Part shown: in pieces, positions 17,002 through 25,142 of the stretch
Layout: every line of letters begins with the position of its first letter
Numbering within the stretch: position 1 is the first letter of the stretch
Assembly (NCBI GenBank): GCA_029260315.1
Contig: JAJDDM010000072.1
Span: forward strand, 1,357 to 65,356
Direction: 5' to 3'
From: Phycisphaerales bacterium
GTDB lineage: Bacteria > Planctomycetota > Phycisphaerae > Phycisphaerales > UBA1924
DNA length: 64,000 bases
Notes under the pieces: generated by a model
Seen by the model: the letters and a program-made list of their open reading frames with translations, nothing else
Databases searched by the model: none
What the model was told of the DNA's origin: nothing
Position numbers and translations under genes: made by a program

Positions 17002-17057
17002 TCCCTAACGACGCATGCGTCTTCGCGCGTCATCCTCTCGAGCAAGGAGGCCCCAAA

Positions 17058-18142
17058 ATCCAAAACCTCTGCGAGGCGCAATCACCCGCCAACACACTCC
17101 TCGGCAACGACCTCGGCGTCGCCATCGCCGCCTTGGATTACTACCTCCCCAAGGAAGTCATCACCAACGAAGACCTCGCTTTGATGGTCGATACCTGCAA
17201 CGACTGGATTGTCTCCCGCACCGGCATCCGCCAGCGCCACCGTGCCGCGACCACCGAAGCGACCAGCGATCTCGCCGTCCACGCCGCGACCGGCGCGCTC
17301 CAGCGTGCCGGCCTGCTCGCTGCCGATCTCGACATGATCCTCGTCGCCACCGCGACTCCGGACTCCCCCGTCCCCGCGGTTTCCTGCATCGTCCAGCAGG
17401 AACTTGGCGCACACCAGGCCGCCGCCATGGACCTCGGCGCGGGCTGCTCGGGCTTTCTGTTCGCCCTGCACACCGCCGCCTGCTTCGTCCGCGCGGGCGC
17501 GGCCAAGCGCATCCTCGTCGTCGGCGCAGAAACCCTCACCCGCGTCACCGATTACACCGACCGGCGCTCCTGCATCCTCTTCGGCGACGGCGCGGGCGCC
17601 GCCATCGTCACCTCCGCGATGCCACCGAACCCAGCCGCGAAGCAAACCTCACCACGCCGCCCGGCGATCGCCTCGAACTGCTCTACTCCTACCTTGGCAC
17701 CGACGGCAGCCAGGCCAACCTCATCGAAATCCCCGGCGGCGGCTCCCGCCAGCCCGCCAGCGACAAGACCGTCAACGACAAACTCCATTACCTTCGCCTC
17801 GACGGCCAGGCCGTCTTCCGCCAGGCTGTCCGCCGCATGTCCGAAGCCGCAAGGGACGCCCTCAGCGCCCTCAACCTCACTCCCGACGACATCGACTGGC
17901 TCCTGCCCCACCAGGCGAACGCGCGCATCATCACCGCCGTCGCGGAGCACACCGGCATCGCCGCCGACCGCGCTCTACTCGACATGGCAGAGACCGGCAA
18001 TACCTCCGCCGCGTCCATCCCCATCACCCTGGGCAGAGCCCGCGAGAACGACCGCCTCAAAGAGGGCCAGCGCATCATGATGCTCGCGTTCGGCGCGGGC
18101 CTCACCTGGGCCTGCCAGGTCTGGCGCGTCCGTCACGCCTGA
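17058..18142 (+). pseudogene. fabH: 3-oxoacyl-ACP synthase III (FabH) with an interrupted reading frame (apparent 1-nt deletion near 17600-17660) and no canonical start
   Basis: The N-terminal half, in the frame of ORF 17133..18080, contains VDTCNDWIVSRTGIRQR, GAGCSGFLFAL (catalytic Cys) and ILFGDGAGAAIV. The C-terminal half, in the frame of ORF 17015..18142, contains LPHQANARI (His), GNTSAASIP (Asn) and AFGAGLTWA. The two halves are in different frames. Confidence 0.75.
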
Positions 18143-18283
18143 GGCATCATCGCGCCGAGGACGGACATTCTCGGTCCCGTTAGGCGCAGGAAAGCATTGA
18201 GCGGTGTTCGAGCGTGATGGTCGCCGACGGTTGGCTATGAGATTCGGGAAAGAGCGAGTCGCCGCGAGTGGCGAGCGGGCGCG

Positions 18284-18320
18284 CATAAAATCGCCGCCCG
18301 GCGTGCTCTACCGGGCGGCG
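18284..18320 (-). terminator. hairpin plus T-tract downstream of tRNA-Val
   Basis: On the minus strand, CGCCGCCCGG-tagagcacg-CCGGGCGGCG is followed by ATTTTAT. Confidence 0.6.
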
Positions 18321-18325
18321 AAAAG

Positions 18326-18399
18326 TGGGCGATACAGGACTCGAACCTGTGACCTCCTCGATGTCAACGAGGCGCGCTAGCCAGCTGCGCCAATCGCCC
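18326..18399 (-). tRNA. tRNA-Val (anticodon GAC)
   Basis: Hand-folded cloverleaf: acceptor GGGCGAT/ATCGCCC, D stem GCGC/GCGC, anticodon stem CCTCG/CGAGG with loop TTGACAT, T stem ACAGG/CCTGT with loop TTCGAGT. 74 nt; CCA is not encoded. Confidence 0.93.
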
Positions 18400-18423
18400 G
18401 TGGGCGGCAAGTATAGCCGCCGA

Positions 18424-19116
18424 TCAGTTATGCCGAGCCAGAAGCCTCGCCCGCTCCTCCAGGGCCGCCATGTCCGCCTCGTGCTGCCACGAATACAGCC
18501 CAAGCACCTGGCGATCCGGGCCGACGAGGATGAGCTTCGACGGGTGGTTGAGGTTGGCCATGGTGCCGCCGTCCTTGAGCTCGATCGGCGTGGACTCGTC
18601 CGGCGAGACGTCGAAGCCGAGGGCGTGGGCGATCGCCCAACTCGCATCCTGCTCGCCGGTCAGGAATGACCAGCGCCCGGGGTCCGCCCCGACCGCCCTG
18701 GCATACTCGCGCAGGCGCTGCGGTGTGTCTCGCTCGGGGTCGATCGTCATGCTCAGGAACCGCACGCCGCTGCCGGTGAGATCGTCCTGGAGCATCCGCA
18801 TCCGCTGGTTCATGCCCGGGCAGATGAACGGGCAGTTGGTGAAGATGAAATCGAGCACGGTGATCTTGCCGTCGAAGATCGAGGCGTCGGCGGGCTCCTC
18901 GTATTGGTTGACCAGCGAGAAATCGGGGACCCGATAGGGCTCAAGATTCGGATCGGGCGTGCGGGCGTCTCTCACCGCCGGGCTCTCGCCGGTGAGAAAC
19001 ACGCCGACGCCCGAGGCGACGACCAGCACGCCCGAGACGACCAGCACCGGCAGCCCCCATCGCGGCGGTCCGGGCCGGGCGGTCTCAACTTGATCGGCGT
19101 TCTCACTCACAATCAC
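18424..19116 (-). CDS. SCO1/SenC family copper chaperone (cytochrome oxidase assembly)
   Basis: Thioredoxin-like fold with FIFTNCPFICP (CxxxC). N-terminal TM anchor. Adjacent to heme O synthase. Confidence 0.85.
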   Translation of the reverse strand: MIVSENADQVETARPGPPRWGLPVLVVSGVLVVASGVGVFLTGESPAVRDARTPDPNLEPYRVPDFSLVNQYEEPADASIFDGKITVLDFIFTNCPFICPGMNQRMRMLQDDLTGSGVRFLSMTIDPERDTPQRLREYARAVGADPGRWSFLTGEQDASWAIAHALGFDVSPDESTPIELKDGGTMANLNHPSKLILVGPDRQVLGLYSWQHEADMAALEERARLLARHN

Positions 19117-19139
19117 ACCATCAGAACAGCCACACAGCG

Positions 19140-20093
19140 TCAGATAAGTGCGTCGGCGACGAGCGCTACCAGCAGCAGCGGCAGGTGCATCACCGACGCG
19201 ATGAAGACCCGCCGAGCGAACGCCACCGTCCGCGTGCGGGCCAGACGAACACAGAGGCCCAGGTACGCAAGCCCGCTGAGCAGGGCAATCGCGACGTAAG
19301 CGACCCCGACGCGCTCGGGCATCGTCCAGGCGGGCAGCAGCGAGACCACGACGAGCATCGCCGCGGTGATGAGCATCGCGATCGAGGTCGCCCGCCCCGT
19401 CGGATCGAGCACCGGCAGGACCTTATAACCGCCCTTGGCGTAGTCCTCGCGGTACATCCAGGCAATCGCCAGGAAGTGGGGGAGCTGCCAGATGGTCATG
19501 ATCGCAACGAGGCTCAGACCCATCGGGTCCAGGACCGTCGCGAAGTTCGCGGGGCCGCTGATAGCCGTCCATCCGATCAGCGGCGGCAGCGCCCCGGGGA
19601 TCGCCCCCACGAGCGTCGACCAGGGTGTCCACACCTTCATCGGGGTGTAGAGCACAACATAACTCAGCGTGCAGACCAACGCGACCGCCGCGGGCACGGG
19701 GCCGTTGACCAGCCACAGGACGCCGGCGCCAAGGACGGACATGACCAGCCCCGCGAGCAGCACGGCCCGGGGCGAGACGATCCCCGCCGGGATCGGGCGC
19801 AGGCGGGTGCGATCCATCCGGGCGTCGCGATGGCGTTCCCACCACTGGTTCAGGCTGTTGGCGCCGCTGGCGCTGAGGGACGTGCCGACGACCACGCCGA
19901 GCAGCGCGACGCCGAGTTCGATCCACGACCGCTGACCTGCCTGCAACGCCGCGAGCACGAGGCCGATGACCGCCGTCACGACCACCATCCGCGTGATCCG
20001 GGGCTTGGTCGTCTCCACGATCGCGGCGAGGCCGGAGCGTGCGCCGGTGCCATCCATCGGCAGGCCAACGGCGATCGGCGTGGTTCGGCTCAT
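19140..20093 (-). CDS. ctaB: protoheme IX farnesyltransferase (heme O synthase)
   Basis: TKPRITRMVVVTAVIGL, NQWWERHRDARMDRTRLRPIP and multiple TM segments. The start is chosen at ATG 20093, preceded by GGAG. The ORF extends to 20189. Confidence 0.88.
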   Translation of the reverse strand: MSRTTPIAVGLPMDGTGARSGLAAIVETTKPRITRMVVVTAVIGLVLAALQAGQRSWIELGVALLGVVVGTSLSASGANSLNQWWERHRDARMDRTRLRPIPAGIVSPRAVLLAGLVMSVLGAGVLWLVNGPVPAAVALVCTLSYVVLYTPMKVWTPWSTLVGAIPGALPPLIGWTAISGPANFATVLDPMGLSLVAIMTIWQLPHFLAIAWMYREDYAKGGYKVLPVLDPTGRATSIAMLITAAMLVVVSLLPAWTMPERVGVAYVAIALLSGLAYLGLCVRLARTRTVAFARRVFIASVMHLPLLLVALVADALI

Positions 20094-20199
20094 GCGAGAC
20101 TCCGTCCCTGGACCGGGCTCGGGATTCCGGTTTACCCGCACAAGATGCGGTCTGGCAAGAATACTAGCGCCCCGCCAGGGGCCGTCCAAGCGGGTTCAG

Positions 20200-21426
20200 T
20201 CATTGTTTGGCAGGAACCTTGATCTCGGCCCAGACGGGAAAGTGGTCGGAAGGAAAGCCGCCATCCCACGATGTCGGGCGATGCCGCCAGACGCCCGCGC
20301 GGGCCACCTCGATGTCCGCCGAGATGATGACGTAGTCGAGCCGTTTTCCGAACGCGGCCGTGTCCGTCGGGTCCAGGTCTTCGCCGTCGGCGGGCTTGGG
20401 ATCGAGCACGGGCGGTGGCGTCTGGCGCACCCGGCGATTGGCAAAGAGCAGGTCGGTGACGGGGTTGCCGACGCCAGTGCCCTCCTTGGCGTCGGCGTTG
20501 AGGTCGCCCAGGATGACAAAGTGCGAGCCGTCGCGCAGGCCCGCGGGCTTGCCCAGATCGTCGACGATGGCGCTGGCGCCGCTGATGTAGTCGCGCCAGA
20601 AGCGGATCTCGTCGTGGTTGCGTTTGTGGTTGCGCTTTTCGGGGCCGTCGAAGGCCGGGGGCGTGGGGTGGCTGCACAGGACGTGGACGACCGAACCGTT
20701 CGGTAGCTTCACGGAAACGTCCCAGTGGCTCTTGGAGCTGAGTCTCGCGAAGCGCAGTTCCTCGCTATCGAACCATGGCTCGCCGTCGGTCGTCGTCGGC
20801 AGCATGGCGCCCGGCATGTACTCCCACGGAAACAGACGGAACGTGCGGATGTCCTTTTCGACGATGGTCAGGCGTTTATCGACCAGCAGCGCCATCCCGT
20901 ACTGGCCCGGGAACGTGCCGAAACCCCAGCAGTCGTTGGCGTACGCCCGCCCGCGTTCTGATTGCTCGCCGGGCGTGCCATCGGGCTTGGTCGGCGCCGG
21001 CAGCGGGAAGCTCGTGACGATCTCGCCGTCGTTGTCGAGATCGAAGCCGCTGGGCATGCCCGTGTTGACCGGGGCCATGAAGACCTGGTACTCGATCGGT
21101 TCCAGCCCCTCGCCCTGGGGCTTGGCGAGGTAGTTCTCGACGAAGCGCCGGGCGTTCTGGCCGGGCGCATCGCCCTCCGCGACGCCGGGCGCTCCGGGCT
21201 GGTCATACGCAATCTCATTGAGCAGGATGATGTTGGGGCGCAGTCGCTGGATCGTCTCTGCCAGCGCCCGCACGCGCGGCTGGTCGCTCCGTTTCAGATC
21301 GCTGGTGCGGACATCCCACACATTGAACGTAGCGACGCGGAGCGATGCTTCCTGCGATACCGCCTGTGGCGTCAGCACAAACCAAGCGGCGAACGCGGTG
21401 AGAATCCGGGTAAGCGAGCGATCCAT
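20200..21426 (-). CDS. endonuclease/exonuclease/phosphatase (EEP) family protein, secreted
   Basis: LRVATFNVWDV, IILLNEI and the C-terminal SDHFPVWAEI are present. A signal peptide is present. Confidence 0.8.
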   Translation of the reverse strand: MDRSLTRILTAFAAWFVLTPQAVSQEASLRVATFNVWDVRTSDLKRSDQPRVRALAETIQRLRPNIILLNEIAYDQPGAPGVAEGDAPGQNARRFVENYLAKPQGEGLEPIEYQVFMAPVNTGMPSGFDLDNDGEIVTSFPLPAPTKPDGTPGEQSERGRAYANDCWGFGTFPGQYGMALLVDKRLTIVEKDIRTFRLFPWEYMPGAMLPTTTDGEPWFDSEELRFARLSSKSHWDVSVKLPNGSVVHVLCSHPTPPAFDGPEKRNHKRNHDEIRFWRDYISGASAIVDDLGKPAGLRDGSHFVILGDLNADAKEGTGVGNPVTDLLFANRRVRQTPPPVLDPKPADGEDLDPTDTAAFGKRLDYVIISADIEVARAGVWRHRPTSWDGGFPSDHFPVWAEIKVPAKQ

Positions 21427-21479
21427 GCGGCACCCCCTCTGGTTGACTCAGCGTGAACCATAGCGACACTTCAGGCGTC

Positions 21480-21553
21480 GCCTCGGTAGCTCAGCTGGAT
21501 AGAGCAGCGGTCTTCTAAACCGCAGGTCGCAGGTTCGAGTCCTGCCCGAGGTG
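21480..21553 (+). tRNA. tRNA-Arg (anticodon TCT)
   Basis: Hand-folded: D stem GCTC/GAGC, anticodon stem GCGGT/ACCGC with loop CTTCTAA, T stem GCAGG/CCTGC with loop TTCGAGT, acceptor GCCTCGG/CCGAGGT (G1-U72 wobble), discriminator G. Confidence 0.88.
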
Positions 21554-21715
21554 CTCTTCGAGCGCGCCCCGAGCGTTTCGCCGAGGCCATATATGGGGTC
21601 CGCATGGGCCAGGGGGCCATCTCGCTCAGAATGGGGGGAAAACGCTGAGGATTCGCCAGCGTACGCCCGGGCGATACCCGATACTCCCTTGGCGCACACC
21701 GAGGAGGATCCGCCC

Positions 21716-22774
21716 ATGACGCCGCCGCCCGAGTTGTCTCCCGACGAGCCCCTGCGGCTGGCGGCACTGCGAAGCCTCAACGTCGTGGCAACGCCATTGG
21801 AGGAGCGTTTCGAGCGGATCACCCGCATGACCCAGAGGATGCTCGGTGTCGATATCGCCGCGATCTCACTGGTGGAGGCCGACCGCCAGTACTTCAAGTC
21901 GATCCAGGGCCTGTCGGTGTGCGAGACGTCTCGGGACATCTCGTTGTGCGGGCACGCGATTCTGGGCGAGAAGATCATGGTCATTCCCGACGCGCGGATC
22001 GACAAGCGATTCGCGAACAACCCGCTGGTGACCGGACCGCCGCACATCGTGTTCTACGCCGGTGCGCCGCTGCGATCGGTGGAAGGCTTGGCGCTGGGCA
22101 CGCTCTGCGTGGTGAGTTCAACGCCGAAGGACTTCGACGCCGAAGATCGTGAGCGGTTGCAGGACATGGCGTACGTCGCCGAATCCGAGTTGCGTGCCGG
22201 GATGGCCAACGCCGTGCAGGAGGCACTGGTCGAACAGATCACAGTGGAGCATCGCCGCGCGCTCATCGACCCGCTCACGCGGATGTGGAATCGCGAGGGG
22301 ATCATCCGTCTGGGCGAGGACACGGTCAGCAAGTTGAACACGATCGAGGGCGGCGCGGCTGTCGTGATGGTCGACCTGGACAACTTCAAGCAGATCAACG
22401 ACACATATGGGCACGCCGCCGGCGATGAGGTGCTCCGCGTCGCCTCGCGCAGGATGCTCACGGCGCTGCGAGAGTCGGATCTGGTGGGGCGTCTCGGCGG
22501 AGATGAGTTCCTGTTCGTGCTCTCGCCGTGCGAGTCGGCGACGATGGCGGGCGAGGTCGCCGAGCGTGTGCGCGGTCGCCTGAACGCGGGACCGATCCAC
22601 ACCGAATCGGGCGAGATCCGGCTCAATGCGACGATGGGGGTGCGCTTCTTCGAGCGAGGCTGGGAGGGCACGCTCGCGGAGCTCATGAAATCCTCCGACG
22701 CCGCGCTCTATGAGCGCAAGCGGATGGGGCGGGGCGCCGTGCGTGTCGTCGATTCGCTGTCGCGTGCTGCCTGA
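21716..22774 (+). CDS. GAF domain-containing diguanylate cyclase (GGDEF)
   Basis: ATG 21716 follows GAGGAGGA. The GAF-like N-terminal half contains RFERITRMTQRMLGVDIAAISLV. The GGDEF half contains DPLTRMWNR, VDLDNFKQINDTYGHAAGD and RLGGDEFLFVL. Confidence 0.88.
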   Translation: MTPPPELSPDEPLRLAALRSLNVVATPLEERFERITRMTQRMLGVDIAAISLVEADRQYFKSIQGLSVCETSRDISLCGHAILGEKIMVIPDARIDKRFANNPLVTGPPHIVFYAGAPLRSVEGLALGTLCVVSSTPKDFDAEDRERLQDMAYVAESELRAGMANAVQEALVEQITVEHRRALIDPLTRMWNREGIIRLGEDTVSKLNTIEGGAAVVMVDLDNFKQINDTYGHAAGDEVLRVASRRMLTALRESDLVGRLGGDEFLFVLSPCESATMAGEVAERVRGRLNAGPIHTESGEIRLNATMGVRFFERGWEGTLAELMKSSDAALYERKRMGRGAVRVVDSLSRAA

Positions 22775-23061
22775 TACCCGCGAGCAGGGCTATCGCGACA
22801 CGAGAACGGCGGGCTGCATCGCGTGATGCACCGGTTTGGATGAGATTCGGTGTGGGCGGTCAGAGTCCGGCTTCTCCCGCTGCACCGATGTCTCGAAACG
22901 AGCACGAATCTTGCATGGCAGGCGGTGAAGGTTGGCAAGACCGCCCGCCGGGGCAGGCGCGGGCCCTTGCCGGTTGCGCTCGGGAGTCCGGCCCAGAATC
23001 AGGTATACTGCGCGCGGGCGAGCGCGACGACGACGCTCGCGCCGGCAATGGGAGGTCAGCC

Positions 23062-23895
23062 ATGTTTCATTTCGCATCGACGGCGGGCGTGGCAATCTGC
23101 ACGATGGCCGCCCAGGGGCAGGTCGTGCTGTACGACACGCTCTGGATCACCGACGACGAAGTCATGGACGCGGGCACCGGCAACGCCATCGGCGGATTCA
23201 ACGGCCCCACGGGCGAGAACATCGATTCCCAACTCGCCGACGACTTCGTCGTGGACGAGCCGGTGCGTCTGACCAAGGTTGTCGTGGACATCATGTCCTT
23301 CAACGGCACGCTGCCCGCCGAGGGTATCTGGGTCCAGCTCTACCAGCATGACGAGATCATCGTCGGACCGGACGAGGCGTGCTTCGCCGACGTGATCGTC
23401 GAGGACTACGTCGCGACCAAGATCGACACGCCGCTGAACTTCGACGCCTGGCGATTCGAGTTGGACGTGTCCCATGCCGACATTCAGCTCAGCCCGCAGC
23501 GCTGGTGGATCAACGCCCAGCCGCTGGATGAGTTCACCACCGGCGACTGGTTCTGGATCATCGGCTCGGTCAGCATCCCGACGGTCGAGCTGTCCTCGCA
23601 CGTCCGCGATAGCTTCGAGGACCACGGCAACAACTACGCCGGGCTCTGGGGCTCGACCGACTGGATCCCGCACGACTTCCGCGGCAACAACACGGTCTCC
23701 ATGCGGATCGAGGGCGAGATCATCACCGGCTGTGCCGCGGATATTGATGGCGACGGCGATGCCGACGCGGACGACTTCTTTGGCTACCTCGACCTCTTCG
23801 CGGGCGGCGATGGTCAAGCCGACATAGATGGCGACGGCGACCTCGACGCCGAGGACTTCTTTGGCTACCTGGATCGCTTCGCCCAGGGGTGCTGA
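23062..23895 (+). CDS. secreted protein with a C-terminal GC-type dockerin-like domain
   Basis: ATG 23062 follows GGGAGG. N-terminal signal-like segment. The tail is GCAADIDGDGDADADDFFGYLDLFAGGDGQADIDGDGDLDAEDFFGYLDRFAQGC. Confidence 0.8.
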   Translation: MFHFASTAGVAICTMAAQGQVVLYDTLWITDDEVMDAGTGNAIGGFNGPTGENIDSQLADDFVVDEPVRLTKVVVDIMSFNGTLPAEGIWVQLYQHDEIIVGPDEACFADVIVEDYVATKIDTPLNFDAWRFELDVSHADIQLSPQRWWINAQPLDEFTTGDWFWIIGSVSIPTVELSSHVRDSFEDHGNNYAGLWGSTDWIPHDFRGNNTVSMRIEGEIITGCAADIDGDGDADADDFFGYLDLFAGGDGQADIDGDGDLDAEDFFGYLDRFAQGC

Positions 23896-23916
23896 GCGAG
23901 CGCCGTCATTCGGCGG

Positions 23917-24975
23917 TCATGGGCGGGGCTCATTGCCATCGCCGGAACGCACGCAGCGAAAGCCTGTGTGCATGAGGCTCGTGTCGGGGCTCGCTTTCAT
24001 CCGTGCCGCAGGGCGATAGCTCGCGCAGTAGCTCGCGTGGCACAGGAACGAGCCGCCTCGCTGGACCCGCTTGGGAACGCGCGGCTCCATCGGGTCGAGG
24101 GGGGTGTCCGGACCGGTCGGATTGAGAGTGACCCCCGCGCCGCCCCGCTTGGCGTAGGTGTCGTGGCGGTACCAGTCCGCCGTCCACTCCCAGACGTTGC
24201 CCGCCATGTCGAGAAGGCCGTAGCCGTTGGCGGGGAACGAGCCGACGGGGGCGGTTGTGACGAACCCGTCCTCCCCGGTGTTTTCACCTGGAAATCTTCC
24301 CTGCCAGGTGTTGGCGCGTCTGGGGTTGATCGGGGCGTCGCCCCAGGTGAAGATCTTGGCTTCGAGCTCGCCTCGGGCCGCGTACTCCCACTCCGCCTCG
24401 CTCGGCAGCCGCTTGCCGGCCCACCGGCAATACGCCTGGGCATCGTCCCACGAGATATGAACGACCGGGTGTTCGTCCATTCCGTCGATCGAACTGTCGG
24501 GGCCGGTCGGGTGTCGCCAATCGGCGCCCGGGGTCCATGCCCACCAGCGACTCGCGTCCCGCAATGAGCCGGGCTTCTGGGGCGTCACGAAGACCAGCGA
24601 ACCGGGCACCAGCAGTTCGTCCGGCGGCTTGGGCGTGCCAGGGGATACCTGGGCCTTGAGCTCCTCCCAATCGGGAGCACGCTCGGCGGTCGTCACATAG
24701 CCCGTCGCCTCGACGAACCGCCGAAACTCGGCGTTGGTGACCTCGGTGCGGTCCATCCAGAAGCCATCGACGCGGACGCGATGGGTAGGCCGCTCATCGG
24801 CGCGGGCTATCGGTCCTTGCTCACCCATCGTGAACTCGCCCGCCGGAATCCACACCATCCCCGCCGGCACGGGTTCGGGCGTGCCGGGTCCATGCGTCGG
24901 TGGATCCCCGGACGCCCATGGGTGTACCGCGATGATGGTCAAAAGGGGGCCCAGTTTCAAGATTGAGCGGGCCAT
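23917..24975 (-). CDS. formylglycine-generating enzyme family protein (SUMF1/EgtB/PvdO fold)
   Basis: FWMDRTEVTNAEFRRFV, GNVWEWTADWY and RVQRGGSFLCHASYCASYR are present. A signal peptide is present. Confidence 0.85.
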   Translation of the reverse strand: MARSILKLGPLLTIIAVHPWASGDPPTHGPGTPEPVPAGMVWIPAGEFTMGEQGPIARADERPTHRVRVDGFWMDRTEVTNAEFRRFVEATGYVTTAERAPDWEELKAQVSPGTPKPPDELLVPGSLVFVTPQKPGSLRDASRWWAWTPGADWRHPTGPDSSIDGMDEHPVVHISWDDAQAYCRWAGKRLPSEAEWEYAARGELEAKIFTWGDAPINPRRANTWQGRFPGENTGEDGFVTTAPVGSFPANGYGLLDMAGNVWEWTADWYRHDTYAKRGGAGVTLNPTGPDTPLDPMEPRVPKRVQRGGSFLCHASYCASYRPAARMKASPDTSLMHTGFRCVRSGDGNEPRP

Positions 24976-25142
24976 CGGTGCTTGACGCTAGGCGTATGAC
25001 CCGCCGACCGTGGAGATCCGGGCGATCACACGCCCAAACATCGCGACGAGATATCGCACGCCACTGGGAGTCGGGTTCGAAATCGGGTATGTTCCAGGCA
25101 CGAAACACACTCTCCATGCACGGAGAATGAGGAGAATACCTG

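Noticed and set aside
16777-17043. The AT-richer 270-bp spacer upstream of fabH as an ncRNA, riboswitch or missing rpmF/plsX.
   Set aside because: There is no convincing ORF: the L32 and PlsX motifs are absent. No conserved riboswitch motif or stable extended structure was visible by eye. Only a TATAAT box could be noted.
17590-17665. A programmed -1 ribosomal frameshift in fabH.
   Set aside because: There is no X-XXY-YYZ slippery heptamer and no obvious downstream pseudoknot in the interval where the frames must switch. An indel or sequencing error is the simpler explanation.
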